The position numbers and the translations under genes are program-made. Positions 56,296-64,000 of a stretch of DNA of 64,000 bases are shown in pieces. A model generated the notes under the pieces. It was not told where the DNA came from and did not search any database. It saw nothing but the letters and a program-made list of their open reading frames with translations. Source of the stretch: a virus; IMG/VR virus record IMGVR_UViG_3300021426_000095, positions 1 to 64,000 of that record; one strand, written 5' to 3'. Each line of letters starts with the position of its first letter. Positions within the stretch are counted from its first letter, which is position 1.

Positions 56296-56922
56296 TTATT
56301 GTGATTTGTTATATGAGGGCAATAAATTTTTCATTTTAAGACGCCATATAATATGATCAACCATTGAAACAACAGGCATTTGTTGGCTGTTAAAAATAAA
56401 TTGACTTGGAAAACGTTTTAGAATATCTTTGACATTTTTAAAGTCATAATAATCTGCATAAACTCGACGAATATATTCTATTTTAAATTTTTGTTCTCGA
56501 TCATAAGAACGAATTAACCGTTGAATTAATCCACATTTTAGATATACGCAAATAATTTCAAAATCTGCCTGATAATTAGCTAAACTAGACATTCCATCAA
56601 TATTAAAAATACCAATATTAATACTATTTGGAATAATAGACTGCTTATTCGTTCCATAAAACCAGCCATTAAAAGAACTATATTCAAGATAATCTTTATT
56701 ATTTATTTTATAATGGAATTCACTTTCTGTTAAAAAATTATAATCTATACCATTTTTTTCAAATACTCGTGGTGGTCTAGTTGTATCACTTATAATCATA
56801 TTTGCAGGTATATTATTTATCTTTAACATACTTAATAACCAATTTGCGAGAGTATCTTTACCAGTTGCGCTTTTCCCGCAAATTGCTATAATAATTGGTC
56901 GATTTTGATATTTTATATTCAA
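56296..56922 (-). CDS. deoxynucleoside-monophosphate kinase-like P-loop kinase (TTG start)
   Basis: IIAICGKSATGKDTLA resembles the T4 gp1 dNMP kinase P-loop; start TTG 56922 after aaaagga. Confidence 0.5.
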   Translation of the reverse strand: MNIKYQNRPIIIAICGKSATGKDTLANWLLSMLKINNIPANMIISDTTRPPRVFEKNGIDYNFLTESEFHYKINNKDYLEYSSFNGWFYGTNKQSIIPNSINIGIFNIDGMSSLANYQADFEIICVYLKCGLIQRLIRSYDREQKFKIEYIRRVYADYYDFKNVKDILKRFPSQFIFNSQQMPVVSMVDHIIWRLKMKNLLPSYNKSQ

Positions 56923-56924
56923 TT

Positions 56925-57146
56925 TTATTCCTTTTCAGGTGGATTAGGATTAGCTGTTCCATTAATCATAAAACCGCACTTAGGACAAAAATGCATCAAT
57001 CCTCAAGACCAGCTTAAATTAGCATGACAATTTCCACAGTACTCTTTATCAATAAATCAATTACCATGTCCAAATTCATCTTTTTGTCAATCATAAAATC
57101 TTTGTGTTTGCGGTGCATTGATATTTACTACATATTCTTCTTGCAT
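56925..57146 (-). CDS. 73-aa zinc-ribbon protein with 4 in-frame TGA
   Basis: MQEEYVVNINAPQTQRFYD*QKDEFGHGN*FIDKEYCGNCHANLS*S*GLMHFCPKCG... Confidence 0.4.
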
Positions 57147-57173
57147 TTATCCTCCATAATAAAATCTAATTAA

Positions 57174-57422
57174 TTAATTATTTTTATATACATCTTTATA
57201 AGTAATAGGAGTTCCACCCATACGGAACTCCTTACCGGTTTCAATTACAATAAGAGTAGGCACTCCTGCATAACTCCAAGTTAAATCCCATATATCTTCA
57301 ACTATTTTTTCAGGATGACAACAAGCAACTCTTTTTTCTTCGATAGCTTTTTGAAGCCAAAGAGGAAAGTTATAAAATTTTTGTTCTTCATGATTGTACT
57401 GAATATGATAAGGTTCTTGCAT
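57174..57422 (-). CDS. thioredoxin/glutaredoxin-like small redox protein (possible NrdH-type)
   Basis: 82 aa; CCHP near a helix N-terminus; C-terminal TLIVIETGKEFRMGGTPI; context next to nrdDG. Confidence 0.4.
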   Translation of the reverse strand: MQEPYHIQYNHEEQKFYNFPLWLQKAIEEKRVACCHPEKIVEDIWDLTWSYAGVPTLIVIETGKEFRMGGTPITYKDVYKNN

Positions 57423-60400
57423 TATTCCTCCTCAGTTTCGCCCCATCTACGATTAGTCATATTAATACTGCCATCTTGATGAATTTCAGTTATTTTATAT
57501 AATTGATGTGATTTTGATCGTTTATAACTCTTTGTTACAAATTGATTCTGACGACGGTAACCATTTACAACAACTAAAGTTCCACGTTTAAACCAACCCT
57601 TTTCCATCACGTGCTTTTTGCCATCAATACCGACCTCAGATAATTGAGCATTATATCTTGCATAATAATCACGAGTCATTTTAACAGTTACAACACCGCT
57701 ATTTTTTGTTAAAATACTTATTGATGATTTCAAATCATCTTTTGCAATTACTGTACCGCATAATCTAAATGTCTTAAAAATAGGAATTTCTCTGCCATTA
57801 CGCTTAAAAGTATAATCAATAATTGGTTGTTCTGGTAATGTATTATATTCAACAATGCCATACTGACTATCATTAACATTAATCAATTCGTGATCATGAT
57901 AATAAAAACCAAGAGAGGCCATTTCCCATGTACTTAATGATCCAGCCGCGTATTTATTCCATTCCTCTTGGAATAATGAACTATTTAATTGCTCTAATAA
58001 TTCTTCTTTATGTGCGGTGATGTATTGTTTTGCTGGGAGCATAGCCTTGTCATACAAAGTTTTCCATTTTGTTTCCGATATACACAACAAATTGTCTTTT
58101 GGTTCGAGGAGGTCTGTGTCAAAAAATTCTTGATAGAATTCATAATAGTTATTTGATACTGAAAAAGTTCCATTACCTACCTTACAATTTTTCTTTAATG
58201 CTTTATTGAATACAAATACTCGTTTTTGAAAATTAAGTTCTTGCGGCAAGAGTCCTCGTTCATTTAACATATTAAAATTTTGCATTGTAATACGTTTTTT
58301 AGGACTACAGGTGGTCCATAAATATTCTTTCATCACATTCTCACGAGTATCAAATTGATCAAACGCACCTGCTTTAATTAATGCAATCATTACAGTCTTA
58401 TTGCATTTAACTTTTTCCATAAATTCATACATATCTTCATATGGTCTATTAGCAATAATTTCTTCAATAATTTCTCCACCGACACCATTTAGGGCTTTAA
58501 GACCAAAACGAATTGCATTATGTTCTTCATCTGGTTCAAACATATAACCAGATTTATTAATGTCAATTAATGATACATTTACTCCATGAGAAATAATATC
58601 ACCAACACCACGAGCAATTTTATTATAATTAGAACTTGCGTCTGCATCAAGACCACTAATTACTCGAAGATATGCTGTATTCCAATAGATAGATGGATAA
58701 TAAGATGAAAGATATGCTGCTTGACAAGCAATTAATGAATAACTATATCCATGAATACGACTAAATGAATAACTTGCTTGCGGCATGATAACATAATCCC
58801 AAATATATTGCCCTAAAATTGGGCGTTTTGCTCTTGAGATAATTTTATCTTTTAATTCAGATACCTTATCCATTTGTTTTTTAGCAACAATTTTACGTGC
58901 AGCGTTACTTTCTGCGAGAGTAAAACCGCATGTGTCAGGATCCATCAAAATTGTCATTAATACTTCTTGTGAGGATGGTGCTCCATAATCAATTAACATA
59001 TATTTTTCAAGAACTTTTTGCTCTTCTTTTGTCAGACCGATATTATCCATTTCTCTATACCATTGAGAAATATCATTCTTTAAACGCTCATATCTATCTG
59101 CAGGACGTTCCGCGCCTTTTTCACCAGTTAATCGCATAAGAGCATTACAAGCTGTTAATTCTTCTACATTTCTAGGAAGCAATTGCCGCACAACATTACC
59201 ACCAACCGCTGTATTAAGTTGGAATAATGCTAAAACATTTGTACTATCAATAACATCCCAAAGTTTATCATCTTTTAATGGAAGTTTATCTGGATGGACA
59301 TATTTATCATATGCTTGCCGCAATGTTAAATCTTTATCCATATACCCATTCTCTTGGAGTAGTTGAATACATTGTGCGACAATATCCATTTGTTCTGTAA
59401 CAAGAAAATCATATTTTACATCGCCACAATATTCAGCATCATGAAGTGAATATTGTGTAATAATTGCACCACTTGTTGCTTTCATAAAACATGCTGTATC
59501 ATATGGATCATCACTATAAAAAACAACACCAGATGCATGGATACCTCTAGATACAACTAATCCTTCAATACCCATAATAATATCTAATAATCCGGGATAT
59601 TGATTAATTGTATTAATAAAAATTTTATTTGGTTTACGCCCTTTTTCTTTATTTCCATTAACAACATCATTAATAGGCCAAAGGAAACCACGTTCAGATG
59701 GAATTAAAGATGATAAATATAAAGCTGTATCATTATCAATACCGTCTTTATATTCTTCTGTTTGATAACCTCGACAGGCGATCTGAACAGCACTTTTAGT
59801 TGTTGCTGTTCCAAATGTGCAAACTTGAACACATCCTAATTCGCCACGTTCTTCACGAATTTTTTTAAAAATATCTTCTCTTTTAGATGGACTTAAATCT
59901 AAATCAATATCAGGCATTTCAACACGATCTTTATTCATATAACGCCAAAAAGGGGCATTGGTTTTAATGGGATCTGTTTGTGTAATACCTAATAAGTAAT
60001 GATTTAATCCAGCACCAGCTGATCCACGACCAGCACCTACAGGACTTCCACATTCCCAGAATAAATTAATATAGTGTTGAAGAAAATTGGGATATGCAAA
60101 AACGCATGTTCCTAAATTTTTCCCAATATGGTCTTTAATATCTGCTTCATACTCGAGTCTTTCTAAATATTCATCGTTTAATAGACTTAGTTCATCGAGT
60201 TTATTGATACATTCATTAACCCAATATCGTTCTTGGTTATTTGTTGACCACAATAACTTTTTTAAGGTTGGATATTTATCATCACCAGAACGATTTCCCC
60301 TACGATAATATGGTACATCAACTTCTAAGACATGTTGATTCCTTGCAAGACTATAATCTTGAATTTTATTATAAATTTCTAAAGTATTAGCTTCAAGTTC

Positions 60401-61243
60401 ATTATAATCTAATCCAGTTCCTTCAAGATTATTAATCACATCTTCTGTTGATTGAAGATAAGCATATTCATAAAATTCATCGACTTCACGCTCCCCGCCT
60501 TTACTATTAAGAAATGCTTTATGAACCCATCTATCTTCTTTTTTAAGATAATGAGCATCAGTTGTAACAATAATCTTAATATCAAATGCAGCTCCAATAG
60601 AACCCATCATTTTATTAACTGTCATTTGTTCTTTTGAACGTGCGGGCTGAACTTCAAGATAAAAATTATCGTTGAATAATTGTTTATTCCAAGAAAGAAA
60701 ATCAACAATTTTTTGATATGTCTCTTCTTCAGTAACACTATCTCCAACTTTACGAGCTTTGTAAAGTTCAAGAATAAGGCCGTCTAATTCTGAACCTAAA
60801 CATGCGGTTAATGCAATCAGATGGTCTTGTCCATATTTATTCACTATTTCTTCGAGTTCAGATTTTAAAGTTGGAACTCGTTCCATGCCTCGATCAAAAT
60901 AACTATTAATCCAAGCTGTAGACGATAATTCTCGCAACATTTTATGACCAATTGCATCACATGCAATTAAAATATAGTGCCAATATCGTTGACCAGATTT
61001 ACGTTCATCTACAAGATAAATTTCATTACCACGGACTATTTTAAAATCTGGATTTGTCTTTTTATATTTATTAATTAAACGATCGAGCTCAACATGACTA
61101 GAAAGACTTTCATGATCAGTAATTGCAATACCTACTAAATCAAGTTCAATTGCTTGCTTAATTAAATCTTCTGGACGATTAATACTATCCAGTAATCTAA
61201 TATTACTATACATAGTATGACTATGACATTCAAATCGTCCCAT
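57422..61243 (-). CDS. DNA polymerase III alpha-subunit-like replicative polymerase (PHP domain N-terminus)
   Basis: 1273 aa; N-terminal PHP signature FECHSHTMYS...GIAITDHE; size and architecture of DnaE/PolC catalytic subunit. Confidence 0.75.
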   Translation of the reverse strand: MGRFECHSHTMYSNIRLLDSINRPEDLIKQAIELDLVGIAITDHESLSSHVELDRLINKYKKTNPDFKIVRGNEIYLVDERKSGQRYWHYILIACDAIGHKMLRELSSTAWINSYFDRGMERVPTLKSELEEIVNKYGQDHLIALTACLGSELDGLILELYKARKVGDSVTEEETYQKIVDFLSWNKQLFNDNFYLEVQPARSKEQMTVNKMMGSIGAAFDIKIIVTTDAHYLKKEDRWVHKAFLNSKGGEREVDEFYEYAYLQSTEDVINNLEGTGLDYNELEANTLEIYNKIQDYSLARNQHVLEVDVPYYRRGNRSGDDKYPTLKKLLWSTNNQERYWVNECINKLDELSLLNDEYLERLEYEADIKDHIGKNLGTCVFAYPNFLQHYINLFWECGSPVGAGRGSAGAGLNHYLLGITQTDPIKTNAPFWRYMNKDRVEMPDIDLDLSPSKREDIFKKIREERGELGCVQVCTFGTATTKSAVQIACRGYQTEEYKDGIDNDTALYLSSLIPSERGFLWPINDVVNGNKEKGRKPNKIFINTINQYPGLLDIIMGIEGLVVSRGIHASGVVFYSDDPYDTACFMKATSGAIITQYSLHDAEYCGDVKYDFLVTEQMDIVAQCIQLLQENGYMDKDLTLRQAYDKYVHPDKLPLKDDKLWDVIDSTNVLALFQLNTAVGGNVVRQLLPRNVEELTACNALMRLTGEKGAERPADRYERLKNDISQWYREMDNIGLTKEEQKVLEKYMLIDYGAPSSQEVLMTILMDPDTCGFTLAESNAARKIVAKKQMDKVSELKDKIISRAKRPILGQYIWDYVIMPQASYSFSRIHGYSYSLIACQAAYLSSYYPSIYWNTAYLRVISGLDADASSNYNKIARGVGDIISHGVNVSLIDINKSGYMFEPDEEHNAIRFGLKALNGVGGEIIEEIIANRPYEDMYEFMEKVKCNKTVMIALIKAGAFDQFDTRENVMKEYLWTTCSPKKRITMQNFNMLNERGLLPQELNFQKRVFVFNKALKKNCKVGNGTFSVSNNYYEFYQEFFDTDLLEPKDNLLCISETKWKTLYDKAMLPAKQYITAHKEELLEQLNSSLFQEEWNKYAAGSLSTWEMASLGFYYHDHELINVNDSQYGIVEYNTLPEQPIIDYTFKRNGREIPIFKTFRLCGTVIAKDDLKSSISILTKNSGVVTVKMTRDYYARYNAQLSEVGIDGKKHVMEKGWFKRGTLVVVNGYRRQNQFVTKSYKRSKSHQLYKITEIHQDGSINMTNRRWGETEEE

Positions 61244-61310
61244 ATAACCTCTTTCTAATACATCCCTTTATTTAAATATATTATAACATAAAATTTTACA
61301 TTTGTCAAAA

Positions 61311-61562
61311 CTATCCATATAACTCATATACTTTAATATTTGCAATATCACATTTATCTAAAAGATCAAGGCTACAAAATTCCCAGTAGTCTTTATCTTT
61401 AGAATATCCGCGGCCTTCATCACAAGCATAGCCAAAACCAACCCAATTATCAACTCCAGCTTGTTCTAATCGCAAATAAAATTCAGCATCATCTAAAAGT
61501 CTTTCAAGATCTTTAGCTTTTATAGTTACATATTTTTCATAATTGCTCATTAAAACACCCAC
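61311..61562 (-). CDS. hypothetical small protein
   Basis: ORF between the polymerase and the RecJ-like gene. Confidence 0.45.
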   Translation of the reverse strand: MGVLMSNYEKYVTIKAKDLERLLDDAEFYLRLEQAGVDNWVGFGYACDEGRGYSKDKDYWEFCSLDLLDKCDIANIKVYELYG

Positions 61563-63292
61563 TTAGTTTCTAAAATATAATCGTCAATAAATCCTTCTCC
61601 GCTTACTTGTCCTTGCCATTCATTCTTACTAGGTGAAACAATACAGGTCATATAAGTATTCGATTGAAGTAGTTCTTTATATTGATCTTCATCAATCCCA
61701 AATTTAACAAGCACTAATCCATTCGGTAATATCATGCGGAGAGTGTTATTTTTAGCACCGCATAAACGTATTTGACATTGACTTAAATCAATATTTTCAA
61801 TAGCAACTTGACTTGCGGGCATATCTTGTCCCCAAAAATTACTCATTTCCGCGAGCTCTAACAGTTTATCAGGACTAGCATCTGTCATATTCCAAATATA
61901 ATCAACCCAATATACAGCTTCTTTTGGGACATTCTTATATTTTTCATTCATCATTGTGATAAATGTATTAAGATTACGTTCTGCTATTCCAAAACCATGA
62001 GCATTACCATGTCCTTGTGCATATTCAATAAGTCCAGTAGATTCTTCAACAGCTTTTAGATCAGTAACTTCGCTCATACTATAATTGCGGCCAGAACCTC
62101 TATAATAATATTCATCATCATCTTTAGTTTTACTTTTAGTTAACACTAAACATGGACGTTGATATTTACTAGCAAGTTTATTCGCGGCAAGACCTCTAAT
62201 ATTGGGTTCTACCTCACCAGGTTCACAACAGCATACTAAAATACTGTTATCAAGAAGATGCTGTGCTGCAATCTTCTTTTCTAAAAGAACCATAGATTCT
62301 GTTTCTAACTTGGTTTGACGTCTTTTAATTGCACTTGTAAGATAAGCAGCTTGCTGATACAAAGGCCATTTCTCACCTTTATGTCCTCTTTTGGTGTTAG
62401 GAACTTTTTCAAAGCACCAAGGTTTGCACATAGCTCTAAAGACCATATCTTTTTCTTCTTGAGTACCAGATCGAACTGTCGCATTAATAAATGGTACAAC
62501 TGCAAAAGCAATAGCTTTATAACAATATTGACCACCATACTTATTTAAAGTATATTCATTTGTTTCAAGTAATTCATTGAAAAATGGATTTGTTACATGA
62601 TGTAATCCTTCTAAGATAACAGCTTTAGTCTCTATTGATCTAAAGCTCATCATGTCTCCACAATTTCCAAGAGCACATAAATCTAATCCCTCATCACCCT
62701 TAGTTCCATTAATAAAATTAAAAGCTCTACAAAATTGCCAAACTACGCCAGCACCACTAAATTCTTTGTTTGGATAATCACATAATTGATTATTAATAGT
62801 AACTATATTTTTAAATTCTGATATGCGCGGTGCTTCATGATGGTCAAGGATAATTATATCTATACCTTTATAAAACCAGTATTCATGTTCTTCATAATCA
62901 TTACTTGCACTATCTGGACAAATTATTAATTCTACACCTTCTGGAATGCTATCTCGCATATCAACCAAACCATGTTGTTTACCAGTATGATGCAAATAAG
63001 TTAGATGTTCGTTTACCCAGTCAGGATAAAGACTATAGAGGAAATTAATTAAAATTGCAGCGGAGGTATAACCATCAACATCACAATCCACGATGATACA
63101 AGTATCTATATTATTTTTAATTGCAAATGTTAAATTATAAACAGCTATTTCTATATTATTAAAAGCATTCCAAGGAGTTACATCTGCCATACTTGCTTTT
63201 AGCCATTTATCTATATTATTAATTCCTCTACCATATAATACTTGTTCAATTGATGTATTGTATATTTGTTTTAAATATGTTTTATATTTCAT
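61550..63292 (-). CDS. DHH-family (RecJ-like) phosphoesterase/exonuclease
   Basis: motifs IIVDCDVDGYTSAAIL and IILDHHEAP (DHH). Confidence 0.65.
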   Translation of the reverse strand: MKYKTYLKQIYNTSIEQVLYGRGINNIDKWLKASMADVTPWNAFNNIEIAVYNLTFAIKNNIDTCIIVDCDVDGYTSAAILINFLYSLYPDWVNEHLTYLHHTGKQHGLVDMRDSIPEGVELIICPDSASNDYEEHEYWFYKGIDIIILDHHEAPRISEFKNIVTINNQLCDYPNKEFSGAGVVWQFCRAFNFINGTKGDEGLDLCALGNCGDMMSFRSIETKAVILEGLHHVTNPFFNELLETNEYTLNKYGGQYCYKAIAFAVVPFINATVRSGTQEEKDMVFRAMCKPWCFEKVPNTKRGHKGEKWPLYQQAAYLTSAIKRRQTKLETESMVLLEKKIAAQHLLDNSILVCCCEPGEVEPNIRGLAANKLASKYQRPCLVLTKSKTKDDDEYYYRGSGRNYSMSEVTDLKAVEESTGLIEYAQGHGNAHGFGIAERNLNTFITMMNEKYKNVPKEAVYWVDYIWNMTDASPDKLLELAEMSNFWGQDMPASQVAIENIDLSQCQIRLCGAKNNTLRMILPNGLVLVKFGIDEDQYKELLQSNTYMTCIVSPSKNEWQGQVSGEGFIDDYILETKWVF

Positions 63293-63495
63293 TAATTTTC
63301 AATCACATCCTCTGCTTTATACCATTGGCACACACAGCCACGTAAAGGCCAGACATTTATATTAATATATTTATCTTTTAAAACGCATTTATCACAGCTT
63401 ATAGAACATAAAAATGCTTTAGTTATATGTTTTCTATATTTGCAATATCTGCATCGCTTATGTCTATGACGATACGTCATTAAATTATTATCCAT
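63292..63495 (-). CDS. small zinc-finger protein
   Basis: CRYCKYRK ... CSISCDKC. Confidence 0.45.
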   Translation of the reverse strand: MDNNLMTYRHRHKRCRYCKYRKHITKAFLCSISCDKCVLKDKYININVWPLRGCVCQWYKAEDVIEN

Positions 63496-64000
63496 TTGGA
63501 ACCAGCCTATTTTCCCATAAATTTAAAAATACTTCACGACCATCATCTGTAGGACTGTGTTTATACCCTGTTAAACCTTTTGTGTCTAACATAAAACTTA
63601 TATTACAAGATGGAGAATATTTTTGATACATTTTTTCCATTTTCTTTAACACTTTTATATATTCTTCATCATATAGATTATTAAAATCTCTATCAACACC
63701 GATACAAATTTCTTTAGCGCCGGCATCTAAAAGAAGATGGAATTGATAATTGGATAGGGTGCTGCCGCACATACCAACAGCAATATTATTTTTCAATCCG
63801 AGATAACCGATTGATTGTAAAACAGCTTTTTCAGATTCAAATACCATCGCTACACCGATTTCTTTGATACGTTCTTTGGCTTTATTTAAACCATATAAAT
63901 TAAATGATAATGGATGATTTGCTAATTTACCGCCGATCTTTATTGGTCTATATTTTCCATATACTTCATTCTCTTGGACAAGAGTTCTTTCTCTAATTCC
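63488..64000 (-). CDS. DNA primase (TOPRIM domain), N-terminal part lies beyond the window
   Basis: KEICIGVDRD toprim DxD; reading frame continues upstream of M63847 to the window end with no stop. Confidence 0.55.
   Translation of the reverse strand, partial: GIRERTLVQENEVYGKYRPIKIGGKLANHPLSFNLYGLNKAKERIKEIGVAMVFESEKAVLQSIGYLGLKNNIAVGMCGSTLSNYQFHLLLDAGAKEICIGVDRDFNNLYDEEYIKVLKKMEKMYQKYSPSCNISFMLDTKGLTGYKHSPTDDGREVFLNLWENRLVPNG

Noticed and set aside
1-64000. Genome-wide genetic code 4 (Mollicutes host) as the whole explanation for in-frame TGA
   Set aside because: Not excluded, but less parsimonious. Most genes avoid TGA entirely and use TGG, and an endolysin implies a walled host. The encoded tRNA(UCA) is type II rather than a tRNA-Trp derivative, and a canonical tRNA-Trp(CCA) is also encoded.

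Overview
This is an AT-rich (about 30% GC by eye) segment of a large virulent-type tailed phage, and TGA is never a stop here but appears in-frame in about 20 genes. Every stop codon checked is TAA or TAG. In-frame TGA is most likely decoded as Trp by context, and occurs in genes including terminase, portal, NrdG, RuvC, endolysin and holin. A long-variable-arm tRNA with anticodon UCA (49729-49825) sits immediately upstream of the lysis cassette. Layout, left to right:
- **1-6200:** a tRNA array of 13 tRNAs plus odd tRNA-like and structured non-coding RNAs, each driven by strong promoters.
- **6.3-18 kb:** early and auxiliary genes, including NadR-like and PnuC NAD salvage, SPFH protein, nucleotidyltransferase, two glycosyltransferases and SprT.
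- **18.3-20.6 kb:** a replication module with a ribbon-helix-helix protein, an O/Rep-like initiator with iterons inside its coding sequence, and a Zn-finger protein.
- **21.1-32.9 kb:** a strikingly GC-richer island. A plus-strand stretch holds iterons, a winged-helix gene, an oriC-like DnaA-box and AT-rich unwinding region, and two near-identical promoter units. It is followed by about 19 small minus-strand genes in near-identical promoter-gene-terminator units, 12 of which carry a unique-sequence palindrome with conserved flanks.
- **33.2-51.4 kb:** late morphogenesis and lysis genes, including terminase, portal, protease/scaffold, major capsid, tail genes, suppressor tRNA(UCA), holin and endolysin.
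- **51.5-64 kb, minus strand:** DNA metabolism and replication genes, including RuvC, dUTPase, NrdDG, dNMP kinase, PolIII alpha, RecJ-like nuclease and primase.

The most novel parts are the cassette-like GC-rich island with co-varying palindromes, and the TGA recoding paired with a Ser/Sec-architecture tRNA(UCA).
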